Below, one piece after another: positions 1-7,613 of a stretch of 36,379 nt of DNA. Positions within the stretch are counted from its first letter, which is position 1. Every line of letters begins with the position of its first letter. Position numbers and translations under genes: made by a program. Source of the stretch: Desulfobacterales bacterium (lineage in GTDB: Bacteria; Desulfobacterota; Desulfobacteria; Desulfobacterales; JAHEIW01); NCBI GenBank assembly GCA_037388985.1, contig JARRJQ010000013.1:2300-38678 (forward strand), given 5' to 3'. The notes under the pieces were generated by a model. The model worked only from the letters and a program-made list of their open reading frames with translations. It had not been told where the DNA came from and did no database searches.

Positions 1-2
1 TA

Positions 3-380
3 ATCGGGCTTCACGAAAATGAAATGGATTTTGGAGATCTAGATATTAATTTTGTAGCCCGCAATGGACGGATTGAAACCTCTCCCATCCGGCTTGAAAT
101 CGACGGCTACCCGATTGAGTTGCACGGCTCGGTAGGCTTTGATAAAAGCCTTGACTATATCGCCAAACTGCCTATTACCCCCATGCTGGTTGGAAATAAA
201 GCTTACCCATATCTTAAAGGCGCTACAATTGACGTGCCCATTCGCGGGAGCGCTTCACATCCGAATATCGACAAAAGAACGATGCATAAGGTGAGTGCAG
301 AGATGGTGCAACAGGCTTTTCAAAAACCCCTTGAGCAAGGGGTTCAAAAAATTTTCGAGCAACTACTCAAAAACAAGTAG
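3..380 (+). CDS. AsmA-family protein, C-terminal fragment (5' end lies outside the window)
   Basis: The frame is open from the window edge to TAG at 378-380. The C-terminal pattern (DGYPIELHGSVGFDKSLDY...IDVPIRGSASHPNID) resembles AsmA-like C-terminal regions. Confidence 0.45.
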   Translation: MGLHENEMDFGDLDINFVARNGRIETSPIRLEIDGYPIELHGSVGFDKSLDYIAKLPITPMLVGNKAYPYLKGATIDVPIRGSASHPNIDKRTMHKVSAEMVQQAFQKPLEQGVQKIFEQLLKNK

Positions 381-520
381 TCGTTGACTGTCGGTGCTCA
401 TCGCCCTTGGCGGTGGCACAGGCGGGTTGAACCGACAAGCAGCCGACCCTGGTTGACACATCAGCCCTCTTTTTTTATATTGCGTTTGCCGCACATTGAA
501 TTGGCTTTAGTTCCGACGAT

Positions 521-1090
521 TTGGCTGAAAATATAAGAATGTGCGGATCCCGCATGACGAAAATAGTCGATCTTCATCATTATCGCACTCAAAGGGTTGA
601 GCAGCGGGCTTTTGGTCCCTGGCAAAAACGTTTCGGCGAAGCCTACAATGCAAAGACCTGCCTGGGTGAGCTTTCCGATCAGACCCTGTATTTCCTGGCC
701 CAACCTGGAGAAAGCTGTTCAATCGCTTATTATGAAGCCATAATGGGTGTCTTAGGTTTGGGACCCGCAGCAAAGTTTGACTATCTGTCCAGTGAAGAAC
801 AGATGAAAGTGGTGGATATCCACCTGTTTTTGGCCGACCAGTTGCGATTTGAAATGATGCGCCGTTTGACCTGGCTTGACACCCTGTCTTGTCAAAAAAT
901 CAGTATTGTTGAAATGATCCGGGATTTCAACGCGGTCAAAGCAAAGTGCGCCGGTAATCCTCCGAAACTGGCACCATCCCATCCGGGCTACGCATCTTAC
1001 CAAAATCTAGCTGCCCGCGATAAGGAAGTCTTTATTCGACAACTGCTGCGGCAGGCACTGGAGGAATTTCCGAAACGGTTTGAAAAATAA
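521..1090 (+). CDS. hypothetical protein (189 aa; alternative start at MTKIV, about 554)
   Basis: Long ORF with coding-like composition. No domain recognised by eye. Confidence 0.55.
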   Translation: MAENIRMCGSRMTKIVDLHHYRTQRVEQRAFGPWQKRFGEAYNAKTCLGELSDQTLYFLAQPGESCSIAYYEAIMGVLGLGPAAKFDYLSSEEQMKVVDIHLFLADQLRFEMMRRLTWLDTLSCQKISIVEMIRDFNAVKAKCAGNPPKLAPSHPGYASYQNLAARDKEVFIRQLLRQALEEFPKRFEK

Positions 1091-1117
1091 TTCAGATCGA
1101 AAAATAGAACCTATATA

Positions 1118-1313
1118 GAACCTATCTTAAAAATGTGGATCAGGGTTCAGGGCTCCCGCATATGCGGGATTTCACCTCTTGATTAAAGAGACACTAAGGA
1201 GTTCAAAAGGCGCGGCTTGGCGAAAAAGCGGAGCATACACGTTAGTATGTGAGCATTTTGAGCCGAGCCGCAACACAGCCATGAGCCCTTAGACGCATTT
1301 TTAAGATGGGTTC
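1118..1313. mobile_element. MITE-like element E1 (196 bp) with terminal inverted repeats and TA flanks
   Basis: Left end is GAACCTATCTTAAAAATG (1118-1135). The right end (1296-1313) reverse-complements to GAACCCATCTTAAAAATG. TA lies at 1116-1117 and 1314-1315. It contains the TCCCGC-loop-GCGGGA hairpin (1154-1169) and a 74-nt core homologous to 31593-31666. Confidence 0.55.
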
Positions 1314-2188
1314 TAAATAACTTTATTCAGAGGATATTCAATTATGCCTTCCGCTCCTTTTTTTAAAAGCCTGGGTATCAATTCGCGCACCACATCCGAA
1401 CTCACCACGATTTCCACCGAAAACCATTTGGTGTTATAAAGCGGGGCTACCGTCGGTGCGTTCAGACTGGGAAGCTGAGCGGTTACCTCTTTCATCTTTT
1501 CCTCGGGCACATTCATTTTAATGCCGACCATTTTTTCACCATGTAAGGCGGCGTTGAGCAAAAGCGCAATTTGCTCTATTTTCTCCCGTTTTTTACGATC
1601 TTTCCAGGACCGGTGATTGGCAATCAACTGGGTGTTGGTCTGCATCAATTCATGAATCACCCGCAGGCCATGCGCCTTGATTGTGGACTCGGTCTCGGTA
1701 ACTTCCACGATGGCATCTGCAAGACCGGAGACCGCTTTGGCTTCAGTCGCTCCCCAAGAGAATTCGACGTCGACTTTAATTCTACGTTTCTTGAAATAGC
1801 GTCGCGTAAAATTGACCATCTCAGTGGCAATCTTTTTCCCTTTGCAATCCTCTATCTTTTTAAGCGCAGAATCATAGGGTACCGCCAGTACCCAGCGTGC
1901 CGGCCGCGAACTCACCTTAGAATAAATCAGGTCGCAGACAACATGCACATCCGATTCGTTTTCGGCAATCCAATCTTTGCCGGTCAGTCCTGCGTCCAGG
2001 GTGCCGCTTTCAACATAATGAGACATCTCCTGTGCGCGGCAGATGGCACACTCGATTGCATCGTCATCAATTTCCGGAAAATAGCTTCTACCGTTAACAT
2101 TTATATTCCACCCTGAACGTTTAAACAGCGCAATGGTGGCATCCTGCAGACTTCCTTTGGGAATTCCCAGTTTGAGCCGTTGTTTCAC
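1313..2188 (-). CDS. hisG: ATP phosphoribosyltransferase, long form
   Basis: 291 aa. The N-terminus [22 protein letters not shown] and the overall length are typical of long-form HisG. It overlaps hisI by 4 nt. Confidence 0.9.
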   Translation of the reverse strand: MKQRLKLGIPKGSLQDATIALFKRSGWNINVNGRSYFPEIDDDAIECAICRAQEMSHYVESGTLDAGLTGKDWIAENESDVHVVCDLIYSKVSSRPARWVLAVPYDSALKKIEDCKGKKIATEMVNFTRRYFKKRRIKVDVEFSWGATEAKAVSGLADAIVEVTETESTIKAHGLRVIHELMQTNTQLIANHRSWKDRKKREKIEQIALLLNAALHGEKMVGIKMNVPEEKMKEVTAQLPSLNAPTVAPLYNTKWFSVEIVVSSDVVRELIPRLLKKGAEGIIEYPLNKVI

Positions 2189-2562
2189 TTGCGGTATACC
2201 TCCTTGGGGTCAAACACAGGCTTATCGATAATCCGTACCGACCCATTTTCTATTTTTTTGTGAAAGCAGCTGCGATGCCCTGTATGACAGGTAGCTCCTC
2301 CGATCTGTTCAACTTTTAAAAGCACTGCGTCCTCATCACAATCGATGCGGATTTCCCTGACAATTTGCAGATATCCGGATGTCTGGCCTTTAACCCACAG
2401 CTCCTGCCTGCTGCGACTCCAATAGGTCGCCTTGCCGGTATTCAGGGTTGTCTCCCAGGCCTTCTGATTCATAAATGCCAGCATCAAAACCTCGCCGGTT
2501 TTATAATCCTGCACGACAGCCGGAATGAGGCCGCCTATTTTATCAAAATTTAGATTAATCAT
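2185..2562 (-). CDS. hisI: phosphoribosyl-AMP cyclohydrolase
   Basis: 125 aa with the motifs IPAVVQD...[16 protein letters not shown]...[25 protein letters not shown]. Confidence 0.9.
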   Translation of the reverse strand: MINLNFDKIGGLIPAVVQDYKTGEVLMLAFMNQKAWETTLNTGKATYWSRSRQELWVKGQTSGYLQIVREIRIDCDEDAVLLKVEQIGGATCHTGHRSCFHKKIENGSVRIIDKPVFDPKEVYRK

Positions 2563-2714
2563 TTTTGTAAAATCAAATATTGAATTTGTTGAATAAAGGC
2601 GTTAAAGTAAAAGTTTATGGTGTGGCACATTTTAAGTTAAAAATATGCAGCTTGAAATTATAAACTTTTATAGCTAACCGCAACACGATTGAATGTCAAA
2701 TAAATTATTTTAAA

Positions 2715-3878
2715 ATGGCAAAGCAAAAAAGCAAATCCGAGATCTTAAAACAACGCACCCGACCCAAAAAGCGCCGCTTTTTGCGAGCATTTTTGCTGTG
2801 GTCATTTCTGGTGGGTTTTATTTTGGTGCTGATGGGGGCGCTGGCCGGTATCGGCGTTTATTTCTATTTGAGCAGCAGGTTGCCTCAGATTGGCTCTTTA
2901 ACCGAATATCATCCGCCGATCATTAGCACTGTCTATTCGGATGACGGGCGCAAGATTGGCGAATTTTTTGAGGAGCGCCGGATTGTCAAACCTCTTGATC
3001 AGATCCCCGAGCAGCTGATTAATGCATTTATCGCGGCAGAGGATTCGCGGTTTTACAAACACAAAGGTGTTGATTTTTACAGCATCCTCCGCGCGTTTTT
3101 CAAAAACTTGGAGGCCGGTACGATTGTTCAAGGCGGCAGTACCATCACCCAGCAGGTAACCAAATCCTTTTTGTTGACGCCCGAAAAAAGCTATACCCGG
3201 AAATTAAAAGAAGCCATCTTAGCCTACCGGATAGACAAAGCATTTAATAAAAAAGAGATTCTTTACCTATACCTGAACCAGATCTATTTGGGACATGGTG
3301 CATATGGGGTAGAAGCAGCCGCTGAAAATTATTTTGGTAAATCGGCCAAGGATCTTAACCTGGCCGAATGTGCCATTTTGGCCGGATTACCTCAGGCACC
3401 CAGCAAATACTCACCATTTAAATATCCGGAGCGCGCCAAGCAGCGCCAGATTTACGTGTTAAACCGCATGGTGGACGAAGGCTATATTACCAACATCGAA
3501 GCCACCGAGGCGATTAACACCACCGTTGAGATCAAGCCTCGCCGTAATTGGTATATTGAAGAAATCCCTTACTACACCGAGCAGGTTCGCCGCTATGTCG
3601 AGGAAAAATATGGACGAGACATGCTGTACAATCAAGGACTCAAGAGTTATACGGCCGCTAACATTGAAATGCAAAAAATCGCCGAGGAGGAAGTTGAAAA
3701 AGGACTTTATGAACTTGATAAACGCCAGGGCTTCCGGGGCCCGGAACAGCAGCTAGCGCCCGAAGAGATCGAGGCATTTTCAAAAACGATTCAATCCGAG
3801 CTGGACGAGCACCCACTCGAAGCCGGCCAGATCCTAAAGGGCGTTGTGATTAAGGTGTTAAGTGTAAAGCAAAAATGA
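2715..3878 (+). CDS. mrcA: penicillin-binding protein 1A, N-terminal part (TM anchor plus GT51 glycosyltransferase domain); first half of a split gene
   Basis: GT51 motifs EDSRFYKHKGVD, GGSTITQQVTK and RKLKEA. It ends at a TGA that overlaps the ATG of the next ORF (ATGA at 3875-3878). Confidence 0.85.
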   Translation: MAKQKSKSEILKQRTRPKKRRFLRAFLLWSFLVGFILVLMGALAGIGVYFYLSSRLPQIGSLTEYHPPIISTVYSDDGRKIGEFFEERRIVKPLDQIPEQLINAFIAAEDSRFYKHKGVDFYSILRAFFKNLEAGTIVQGGSTITQQVTKSFLLTPEKSYTRKLKEAILAYRIDKAFNKKEILYLYLNQIYLGHGAYGVEAAAENYFGKSAKDLNLAECAILAGLPQAPSKYSPFKYPERAKQRQIYVLNRMVDEGYITNIEATEAINTTVEIKPRRNWYIEEIPYYTEQVRRYVEEKYGRDMLYNQGLKSYTAANIEMQKIAEEEVEKGLYELDKRQGFRGPEQQLAPEEIEAFSKTIQSELDEHPLEAGQILKGVVIKVLSVKQK

Positions 3879-4978
3879 AAGACGCGGATTTATGGCAGCT
3901 GGCTTTGGAGCAAGAACCTATAGCTCAGGCGGCCTTGCTTTGCATCGAAGCTGAAACCGGATTTGTAAAGGCTATTGTGGGCGGTCGCGACTTTCGCGAC
4001 AGCCAGTTTAACCGGGCATTGCAGTCCAGGCGACAGCCCGGCTCTGCTTTTAAACCGATTATCTATGCCGCCGCCTTAGATAAGAAGTTCGATGAACCCG
4101 GTAAATTTTATACCCCTGCAACGGTTATTATTGATTCACCGATTGTTTTTGAGGATGAGGAGAGGGATTTTACCTGGAAACCGAGAAATTACAAAGAGCA
4201 CTTTTTCGGTCCCACCCTAATGCGCGATGCGCTCGCTAAATCCCGCAATGTGGTAACGATCAAGATTTTACAAGACATCGGCGTGGAGTATGCCATTGAA
4301 TATGCCAAAAAACTGGGGATTACCTCTGAATTAAGCAAAAATCTTTCCATTGCGCTGGGTTCCTCAGGTGTATCATTGCTTGAGCTGACCAAAGCCTATT
4401 CGGTTTTCGCCAATCAGGGTTATCTGATTGAACCGGTATTTATAGTCAAAATCGAAGACCGGGACGGTAATGTACTTGAGGAGATGGCCCCCGAACGCGT
4501 TAAAGTCATCGACAAGACCACCGCCTACTTGATGACGCATATGCTGGAAGGTGTGGTTAAGTATGGAACCGCGTGGCGCGTCAAAGCATTAAATCGGCCG
4601 GTAGCCGGAAAAACCGGTACCACAAACAATTTATTCGACGCCTGGTTTATCGGTTATTCACCCCAGTATATCACCGGCACCTGGGTGGGCTTTGACGATG
4701 AGGCTCCCCTGGGAAAATCCGAAACCGGCTCCCGGGCCGCAAGCCCAATCTGGCTGGGTTTTATGCAGCGCATCCTGGCCGATAAGCCACCAAAGGTTTT
4801 CGAGGTGCCCGAGGGCGTGGTTTTTACTAAAATTGATGCCGAAACCGGGCTTTTACCGATTCCCGAATCCAAAGAGACGGCTTTTGTCTGTTTTAAGGAA
4901 GGCACCGAACCCACTGAATACAGTAAAAGACCCGGCGAAATTGCGGACACCGGCGAGTTTTTTAAGAAGGATCTTTAG
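3875..4978 (+). CDS. mrcA: penicillin-binding protein 1A, C-terminal part (transpeptidase domain); second half of a split gene
   Basis: Transpeptidase motifs RQPGSAFKP (SxxK), SRN and KTGTT. It lacks its own membrane anchor and continues the PBP1A alignment from the upstream ORF. Confidence 0.85.
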   Translation: MKDADLWQLALEQEPIAQAALLCIEAETGFVKAIVGGRDFRDSQFNRALQSRRQPGSAFKPIIYAAALDKKFDEPGKFYTPATVIIDSPIVFEDEERDFTWKPRNYKEHFFGPTLMRDALAKSRNVVTIKILQDIGVEYAIEYAKKLGITSELSKNLSIALGSSGVSLLELTKAYSVFANQGYLIEPVFIVKIEDRDGNVLEEMAPERVKVIDKTTAYLMTHMLEGVVKYGTAWRVKALNRPVAGKTGTTNNLFDAWFIGYSPQYITGTWVGFDDEAPLGKSETGSRAASPIWLGFMQRILADKPPKVFEVPEGVVFTKIDAETGLLPIPESKETAFVCFKEGTEPTEYSKRPGEIADTGEFFKKDL

Positions 4979-4980
4979 CC

Positions 4981-5216
4981 TGGCAACTGGTTTCTCGCTT
5001 CTTGCCGCTCGCAACTCGATTCTAGCCCAAAATAGGTTTCGGGTGTCAGGTTTCAGGTCAATAGATAAGCGCTGAGTGCTGAGGACTGAGGACTGAGCAA
5101 AAAATTATTCCTTATGTCCCACCGACCTCAGTCCTCAGCACTCAGTCCTCAGTCCTAAATTTGCAGACACCTGAAGCCTGACATGCAACCGGTAGCCAGA
5201 GGCCAGTTACAGACTT
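4981..5216. repeat. Nested composite inverted repeat made of three heptamer word types, filling the whole convergent spacer
   Basis: Outer tracts are TGGCAAC/TGGTTTC/TCGCTTC... (4981-5025) against 5187-5216. Middle arms are GGTGTCAGGTTTCAGGT (5034-5059) against GACACCTGAAGCCTGAC (5166-5186). Inner arms are GCTGAGTGCTGAGGACTGAGGACTGAG (5071-5097) against CTCAGTCCTCAGCACTCAGTCCTCAGTCC (5127-5155). Confidence 0.75.
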
Positions 5217-6191
5217 TTACTCGGGTGCGGGATAAATCGCCTTTTTGGTCGCAAGGTGTTTGGGCCAGATAACTTCCAGTTTTCCCTCGATCCATTGCAC
5301 CAGAAGAGTCGGATGTTTGTTCTGCCGCGTTTTTTGGTCGTAGCTGATGAACTTAACCGGGCCGAACACTGTCATTAAGTCGGTTGCCGCCAGGGCATCG
5401 CGAACTCCCCTGGGGCTCAGCGCCGATGCGCATTTGAGCGCAGCGGCAATCACCTGCATACCGGCATAGGCCTCAGCCCCATGGTATCCGGGCGGTGTAT
5501 TGGTTGCGGTCCTAAATTTTTTGAAGTACTCTTTTGCTCCGGGGTAAGGCACCGAAGCTGCCCAAGGGGTAAGGGAGACAACCTGTTCAGAGGCTTTTCC
5601 GGCATTTTTTACAAATTCATTTTGGGTGAATCCGGTCGCAGAGCCGATAAACAGCTTTGGATTCAGCTTCAGTTCCCTGGCTTGACGGATCAGACCTGCT
5701 GCATCCCGCATATCATGGGCAACCACGTAAAGCAGATCGGGCCTTTGGATTTTGATCTTAGCCAGCAAGGGTTTGAAGTCGTTGCTGCCCCGCTCATAAC
5801 GTTCCCTGGCCACCAGCCGTAGGTTTAGCACTCGGGCTGTTTTGAAAAAATTCCTCGCTTCGGATGCCCCTGTTAGCGTGTTAACATACACGAGTGCAGC
5901 TGATTTGATGTCAGTTGCAACCTCTTTGACAAAAGATGCGAATGTCTCAAATTGCTCTCCTACCGGCTGATTCAATCTGAAAATGAATTCCCAACCCTGC
6001 TCGGTGATTTTATCCGCTGACGCGCTGTTGACCAGAAATGGTATTTGATTTTGCTGGGCGATGGCGATCGTCGCCCAGGTTACCGAACTTAAAAAACCAC
6101 CGCCGATTACCAGGGGGTGGTTGCGGCGGATTAATTTTTCAATCGCAGCACGCCCTGCATCAGGATTGCCCTGCGTATCTGCAATGATCAA
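5217..6191 (-). CDS. Leu/Ile/Val-type ABC substrate-binding protein, apparently 5'-truncated (no signal peptide; possible pseudogene)
   Basis: 324 aa, starting at a TTG inside the conserved AAGGINGKKIEL region. An in-frame TGA lies at 6246-6248. Complete family members carry roughly 50-70 more N-terminal residues. Confidence 0.65.
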   Translation of the reverse strand: MIIADTQGNPDAGRAAIEKLIRRNHPLVIGGGFLSSVTWATIAIAQQNQIPFLVNSASADKITEQGWEFIFRLNQPVGEQFETFASFVKEVATDIKSAALVYVNTLTGASEARNFFKTARVLNLRLVARERYERGSNDFKPLLAKIKIQRPDLLYVVAHDMRDAAGLIRQARELKLNPKLFIGSATGFTQNEFVKNAGKASEQVVSLTPWAASVPYPGAKEYFKKFRTATNTPPGYHGAEAYAGMQVIAAALKCASALSPRGVRDALAATDLMTVFGPVKFISYDQKTRQNKHPTLLVQWIEGKLEVIWPKHLATKKAIYPAPE

Positions 6192-6319
6192 TTCTATTTT
6201 CTTGCCATTTATGCCGCCGGCCGCAGAGGATAATTGAAAGGTTTTTCATTGGTCCCGACGATAAAAATAGGAATTGGTTTAAACGCACGTGGATTTTTTG
6301 GAGTTTTTAAACTGGATTG

Positions 6320-7027
6320 TCAAATTCCCAGATAGGCCTCTCTGATATCAGACGATCCCTTTATTTCTTCAGGAGTCCCTTTGGCCTTGATCACACCTTC
6401 GTGCATGACATAGACAAAGTCAGCAGCATTCAGTGACGCATCGGCATTTTGTTCCACCAAAAGAATCGTTAAGCCGATTTCGGCTTTCATTTTTTGAATG
6501 GTTTCAAAAACCTCGCCCACCAATTTTGGGGCCAGTCCCTGGCTGGGCTCATCCAGCATCATGAGTTCGGGCTTGGTCATCAACCCCCGTGCAATAGTGA
6601 CCATTTGTTGTTCGCCGCCACTCAAAGACCCGGCCATTTGTTTGCTTCTTTCCTTCAAACGGGGAAATAAGGAATAAACCAGCTCAAGCGATTCTTTCTT
6701 GTGCGCCAGCGCTTTTTTTAAATAGGCACCCATGGAAAGATTTTCGTAAACCGTCATTCCGGGAAACAAATGCTTGCCTTCCGGCACCAGGGCAATGCCC
6801 ATCCCCACCTTTTTATGGGTAGGAACGGTAGTAACATCTTGTTCATTATAAGTCACGCTTCCTCCCCAGGGTTCGACGGAGCCGAAAATCGTGGCGAGCA
6901 TCGTGCTCTTTCCCACGCCATTAGGCCCCAACAGGGATGTTATTGTTCCTTTTTCGACTTCGATGCTCGGTTTCCACAACACCTGCATGGAGCCATAGCC
7001 GGATTCCAATTCATTAATACTTAACAT
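6320..7027 (-). CDS. livF: branched-chain amino acid ABC transporter ATP-binding protein LivF
   Basis: Walker A GPNGVGKST, signature LSGGEQQ, Walker B MMLDEP, and a C-terminal AYLG. Confidence 0.85.
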   Translation of the reverse strand: MLSINELESGYGSMQVLWKPSIEVEKGTITSLLGPNGVGKSTMLATIFGSVEPWGGSVTYNEQDVTTVPTHKKVGMGIALVPEGKHLFPGMTVYENLSMGAYLKKALAHKKESLELVYSLFPRLKERSKQMAGSLSGGEQQMVTIARGLMTKPELMMLDEPSQGLAPKLVGEVFETIQKMKAEIGLTILLVEQNADASLNAADFVYVMHEGVIKAKGTPEEIKGSSDIREAYLGI

Positions 7028-7029
7028 GG

Positions 7030-7605
7030 TTATCCCTCCGGAGGATGACCCAGGTAAACCTCCACAACCTTTGGATCTTGCAGAGCTTCTTGTGTAGGAG
7101 CATCAACGATTTTGGCCCCCTGGTCCAAGACGATAACTTTTTCGGCCATGCCGACAACTGCGCGCATGATATGCTCAACCATGGCAACAATGGCAATTTT
7201 GTCGCGATGCTCATCCAGACCGACACGCTTGGCAATGATATCTGCAAATTCCAAGGCTTGATCAACATTGACTTTACTGCCAATTGTGCCGAACATCGCC
7301 CCAACCGCAATATTTTCTCTAACGCTGGCGGAAGCGAATGGTCTTGGAATCTGAAAGGTTCGACCGATCCCCAGTGGCGCTCTTTTATAAGGCGGCAAGG
7401 TTGTGATATTCTGCCCTTCAAAGATAATCTGGCCCTCTTCGGGAAAGAAGACACCGCTGATGCAATTGAACAGGGTTGTTTTGCCGCTTCCGTTCGGGCC
7501 CACGATTCCGACGAACTGACCGCGTTTTATCTGCAGACTCACCCGATCCACCGCAATCAGACCGCCAAACCGCTTGGTTACTTTTTCGAGCTCTAATAAC
7601 GCCAT
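7030..7605 (-). CDS. livG: LivG-like ABC ATP-binding protein with an internal in-frame deletion (signature and Walker B absent)
   Basis: Walker A GPNGSGKTT, Q-loop RTFQ, H-loop VEH and a C-terminal VYLG are present. The protein is only 191 aa and jumps from RVGLDEHRDK straight to IAIVAMVEH. Confidence 0.75.
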   Translation of the reverse strand: MALLELEKVTKRFGGLIAVDRVSLQIKRGQFVGIVGPNGSGKTTLFNCISGVFFPEEGQIIFEGQNITTLPPYKRAPLGIGRTFQIPRPFASASVRENIAVGAMFGTIGSKVNVDQALEFADIIAKRVGLDEHRDKIAIVAMVEHIMRAVVGMAEKVIVLDQGAKIVDAPTQEALQDPKVVEVYLGHPPEG

Positions 7606-7613
7606 AACCCCAC

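Noticed and set aside
3876-3878. TGA at the PBP1A split read as selenocysteine
   Set aside because: Reading through in frame gives KTRIYGSWLWSKNL followed by TAG within 15 codons and loses all PBP homology. The homologous sequence is in the -1 frame, so a frameshift or split explains it and recoding does not.
7014-7454. 146-aa ORF overlapping livG in another frame, and similar long alternative-frame ORFs inside clpB, the kinase, the permeases and hemA
   Set aside because: All are embedded in genes with strong motif support on the called frame. They have no independent start or RBS support and are typical shadow ORFs.
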